Shown piece by piece: positions 60,754-64,000 of a stretch of DNA of 64,000 nucleotides. This stretch comes from Sporopachydermia quercuum (lineage: Eukaryota). How positions within the stretch are numbered: position 1 is the stretch's first letter; each line of letters opens with the position of its first letter. Below the pieces are notes generated by a model. The model searched no databases. It was given only the letters and a program-made list of their open reading frames with translations, and was not told the DNA's origin. Location: the NCBI GenBank assembly GCA_001599295.1, contig BCGN01000001.1, positions 868,001-932,000 on the forward strand, given 5' to 3'. Made by a program: the position numbers and the translations under genes.

Positions 60754-63180
60754 AGTAATTACTACTGCTGTTTTCGTTTGGTGATATACTGAACTCGCAA
60801 CAATACATCAAAATGAACTTACTCCTTTGTTCAACAGCCTCCAGGAGTGTTCGAATCAGTTATAACGAAGTTCAGTAATCGTTATCTGGAATTTCCGCTC
60901 TTGATTCTGTAATCTTCGTTCTCTCCGGCATAAAGTTCCTTATTCACTCCTAAACCCAACAGATATACTCTTTCTGTCTCACACTGATAGTGTTTCTGCT
61001 AAACCTTATTTACTGCGGCTTGCAAACAACTAATTTGCAAATAGAACAGTATAACATAATTCTATATTTTCTCTTCCCTACAATAATATATTGCTCCGCA
61101 TGCGTCTCATTGTTATCTGTTTCATGTCTTTAATCCTTGTAAAATCTGGTCATTATAATTTAGTTAAACTTCTCATAAACTGATCGATTGTAGGCTCTAA
61201 ATAGAACAATTATATATGATTTGAGACGGAAATGATAAAAAGTATAACGGAAGAGATAAAAAGATTTTAGTTTGAACCTTAACATAATTATACCAGCAAA
61301 AATCCAGGAACCGAACTTTAAATTAAACGTCAAACATATGAATAAATATGGACGCTGTCATTCTTTTATTTGAAATTGCCTATCCTACCAGATTAAAAGT
61401 CCTGATTAGGCTTGAAACCAGGTCTGATCTCAAAACAATAAGACTTTTTATATCCATAAAAGTGTAAAGGAGATATCCGAGCTCTGATTGAAAACCCGAC
61501 TGAAATAAGTCCCACGAAATCAAGTAAGAACGGTTGGATGCACCTCCTGTTGCACAGGAAGTGTCTGTCCTACCTATTTCATGAACATGAGAAATTCCTC
61601 GTTATTCGAATCTTCATCTATTGAGATAGAGAGAGAAACATTGGCCTTAGAGATAAATGCAATAAATCTCGATCGTTCGTTAACAGAGATTGTTACTGAT
61701 GACCTGGCCTAAGTCCTACTGCTATCTCACATATGTTGTTACTCATAAAAGTTTGATCTCACTATTGCTATTAATCCAAATTTACCCTTATAAAATAAAT
61801 ACAAAAATACAAAATTGCGTTNAAGATTCTTTTTGGATTTCGTTCAATAGCAATATGAAACCAATACACCATTCATTCACCTTTTAAGCAGTGTTTACAC
61901 AATATCTAGAGTTGTTTGCTAGGTAACTATGCTGAAAATTAATCTTTGAAATGAAAGTAAATGAAATTCCAACTATAAACATTAATTTATTATTCAGGTC
62001 ACATGGTTTAGATTTTGTTTCATTGATCACGAACTGATCAAGGAATCATAAAGCTTACAGGTAGTGGGTAAAGTATGTAAAAAATCAAATGAATAACCAG
62101 TTATCTAGAATGCTCTAGGCCTCTTACTTCCAATCAAACATGCTCAGCCTAACTACACTACCAGCAATCTGATCAAAGGTCAATTCATACGCCATTTCCC
62201 CAGTTCTTTATCAACTTTAAATCTGATATGGTCTCGTTCTCAGAGCCTTGCAATGATTATTGTTCTCGTAAAATATACTGTACCATTCTAATCAGCTTAA
62301 TACTNTAGCAGATTAGCAAAATCTTGACTTTTCAAGAAGACTTCCGCACGCTATTAAGGTTCGATATGCCTCCATAAACTTTATTCTCGAACTTAATATT
62401 GTTCGTGTTCACATTTGGCAAAGACTCTCTCACATCATAGGGTCTTGCACAATTCTCATTAAAAGAGACTCTTATTGTAATTGAAAACCGTTCCCCTTTT
62501 TCCTAATACGGCATTATCCTCTGTCACTTATTAACCATTGATTCAATAGGGTCTGGATCAAATTCTCGACATTACCTCTTTTGGGAAAGTTACAAAATAA
62601 ATATGTGTGAATGGAGAACATTTGGTTTCAAAAAAGTATGTCTACTCAAAAACAGTTGTTTCCTTCCAAAAATCCCTTTATTATTTTCATTTTAATTTTA
62701 TGAAAGCTCTCTTTACTTCATCTTTTTCTAATATATGAGGTTGCTTTTGAAAAGGAATATTAATTAGGAAGAGCACTTCAAATTCTGAGTTAGTTTAACT
62801 GTATAGAATCAAGTTCACCGAAAGCATTTGATTGATCACCAAAAGCGTGTCTCCTTTGAAGATATATAGACTATTACTAAGTCAGAAAGAAGAAAAGAGA
62901 ACCCCAAACAAAACAATAAAATAGCGGAAGAACATTGATCAAACGCTCATTTTCGACATCAATATCTATAAACGCTCTATTGGAGTTCCCAGTCGAGGCA
63001 ACAATCGAATAACAATTAGTAAAAACGGTACACTGACCCTTATACAATCATTTATCGAAACTGCTAATTGAATTCACTGTTGATTCACATATAACTGAGG
63101 GCAAAGTGCAAATTATCTTGAATCAAAGACAAATTGAAACTTTCACTTTTCTGCAAACAACATAGAACAACTCTAACAAT

Positions 63181-64000
63181 ATGAAGGCGTCATCTTTATT
63201 ACTATCAGGTCTCCAATTGACAACTGTGGCTTATGCCTTTTCCTTCCCTAATATCTTTGGTGGCGCACAAGATGAAACAACATCATTAGAAATAACACAA
63301 GCCGAGAGGAACAGCCTTTTTTACTCAAATAGAACTTCAGGAGTCCAAGAATTTTCTGAAGTTCAATCAACTATCACAAAACAAATTTCAATAACGTTAT
63401 CTCAATCAGGAACTGAAGAAACATCAACCAAATCTGGTGATTCCCTAGATGACAGTGACGAAGTGTTCTATGATATCTCAAGTGATATAGCAGTTTTCCC
63501 AACAGCAAGCCAAGCTGAACTTGAAGGAAGTAGCAGTAGTAGTAGTAGTTCGCGCGAGGCAACTGTTTCTTCAAGTGATGTAACTCATACCATAACTACT
63601 ATCGAAATCACGGATATCAATACTGACTATTCTCAGCCTACTGACTTACCCATTTCTTCCACTGATGAAGACGATGAAGACGATGAAGACGATGAAGATG
63701 GATTCGGAACTTTTACATCTGAAAGTCTATTTGCTTCAAGTATTTCCACAGAGCAGGAATACACCGAAACCTCAGTTATTGAACCCACCGAAAGTTCAAG
63801 TAAAGAGCCAGATGTGAGCTTCACAGATGTGCCTGTTGTATCAACAACAGAAATGCCTATTGAATCATCAACAGAAATGCCTATTGTCTCATCATCAACA
63901 GAGGTTCCTATCATATCTTCATCAACTGTGGAACCTGTTGTATCAACAACAGAAATGCCTATTGAATCATCAACAGAGATGCCTATTGTATCATCATCAA
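63181..64000 (+). CDS. Secreted / cell-wall Ser/Thr-rich repeat protein (adhesin or mucin-like), partial at the window end
   Basis: Open from ATG 63181 to the window end. MKASSLLLSGLQLTTVAYA signal-peptide-like start, S/T/E-rich body, SSTEMPI-type repeats with a 102-bp period (63832 vs 63934). TATAAA near 62967. Absent from the ORF track because there is no stop in the window. Confidence 0.85.
   Translation, partial: MKASSLLLSGLQLTTVAYAFSFPNIFGGAQDETTSLEITQAERNSLFYSNRTSGVQEFSEVQSTITKQISITLSQSGTEETSTKSGDSLDDSDEVFYDISSDIAVFPTASQAELEGSSSSSSSSREATVSSSDVTHTITTIEITDINTDYSQPTDLPISSTDEDDEDDEDDEDGFGTFTSESLFASSISTEQEYTETSVIEPTESSSKEPDVSFTDVPVVSTTEMPIESSTEMPIVSSSTEVPIISSSTVEPVVSTTEMPIESSTEMPIVSSS

Noticed and set aside
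61697..61760. CTGATGA as a hammerhead ribozyme core
   Set aside because: No stem II followed by GAAA and no flanking helices.

Overview
AT-rich nuclear genome segment of a budding yeast (Saccharomycotina). The moderate intron density, short branchpoint-to-AG spacing and CTG read as Leu suggest an early-diverging lineage. I find 22 protein-coding genes: an APSES transcription factor, NMD4, MTF1, TAF7, a WBP2/GRAM-like protein, NHX1, GUK1, a SEC24/SFB3-family gene, EXO1, PAN1, an unknown 546-aa protein, ERG3, MRPL27, DPB3, GEF1, TOR, a DUF2235 hydrolase, RIP1, an SDR, an unknown 265-aa protein, a secreted Ser/Thr-rich repeat protein running off the right edge, and one candidate microprotein. 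Six of these are spliced and were reconstructed by hand. There is one intron-containing tRNA-Lys(CTT). Elements not explained by the ORF track: (1) an snR48-like box C/D snoRNA inside a spliceosomal intron of an apparently non-coding host transcript; (2) a 266-bp tandem duplication of the PAN1 3' end with an inverted, templated junction insert; (3) a disordered protein about 7 kb from TOR with a PRAS40-like motif order (TOS-like FDMED, SLPITI, RxRxxS); (4) a TOR with substitutions in the rapamycin pocket and Lst8-binding element; (5) a tandem array of Forkhead sites and a candidate structured RNA. I found no transposon, CRISPR array or rRNA. All homology calls are from remembered motifs, not database searches.
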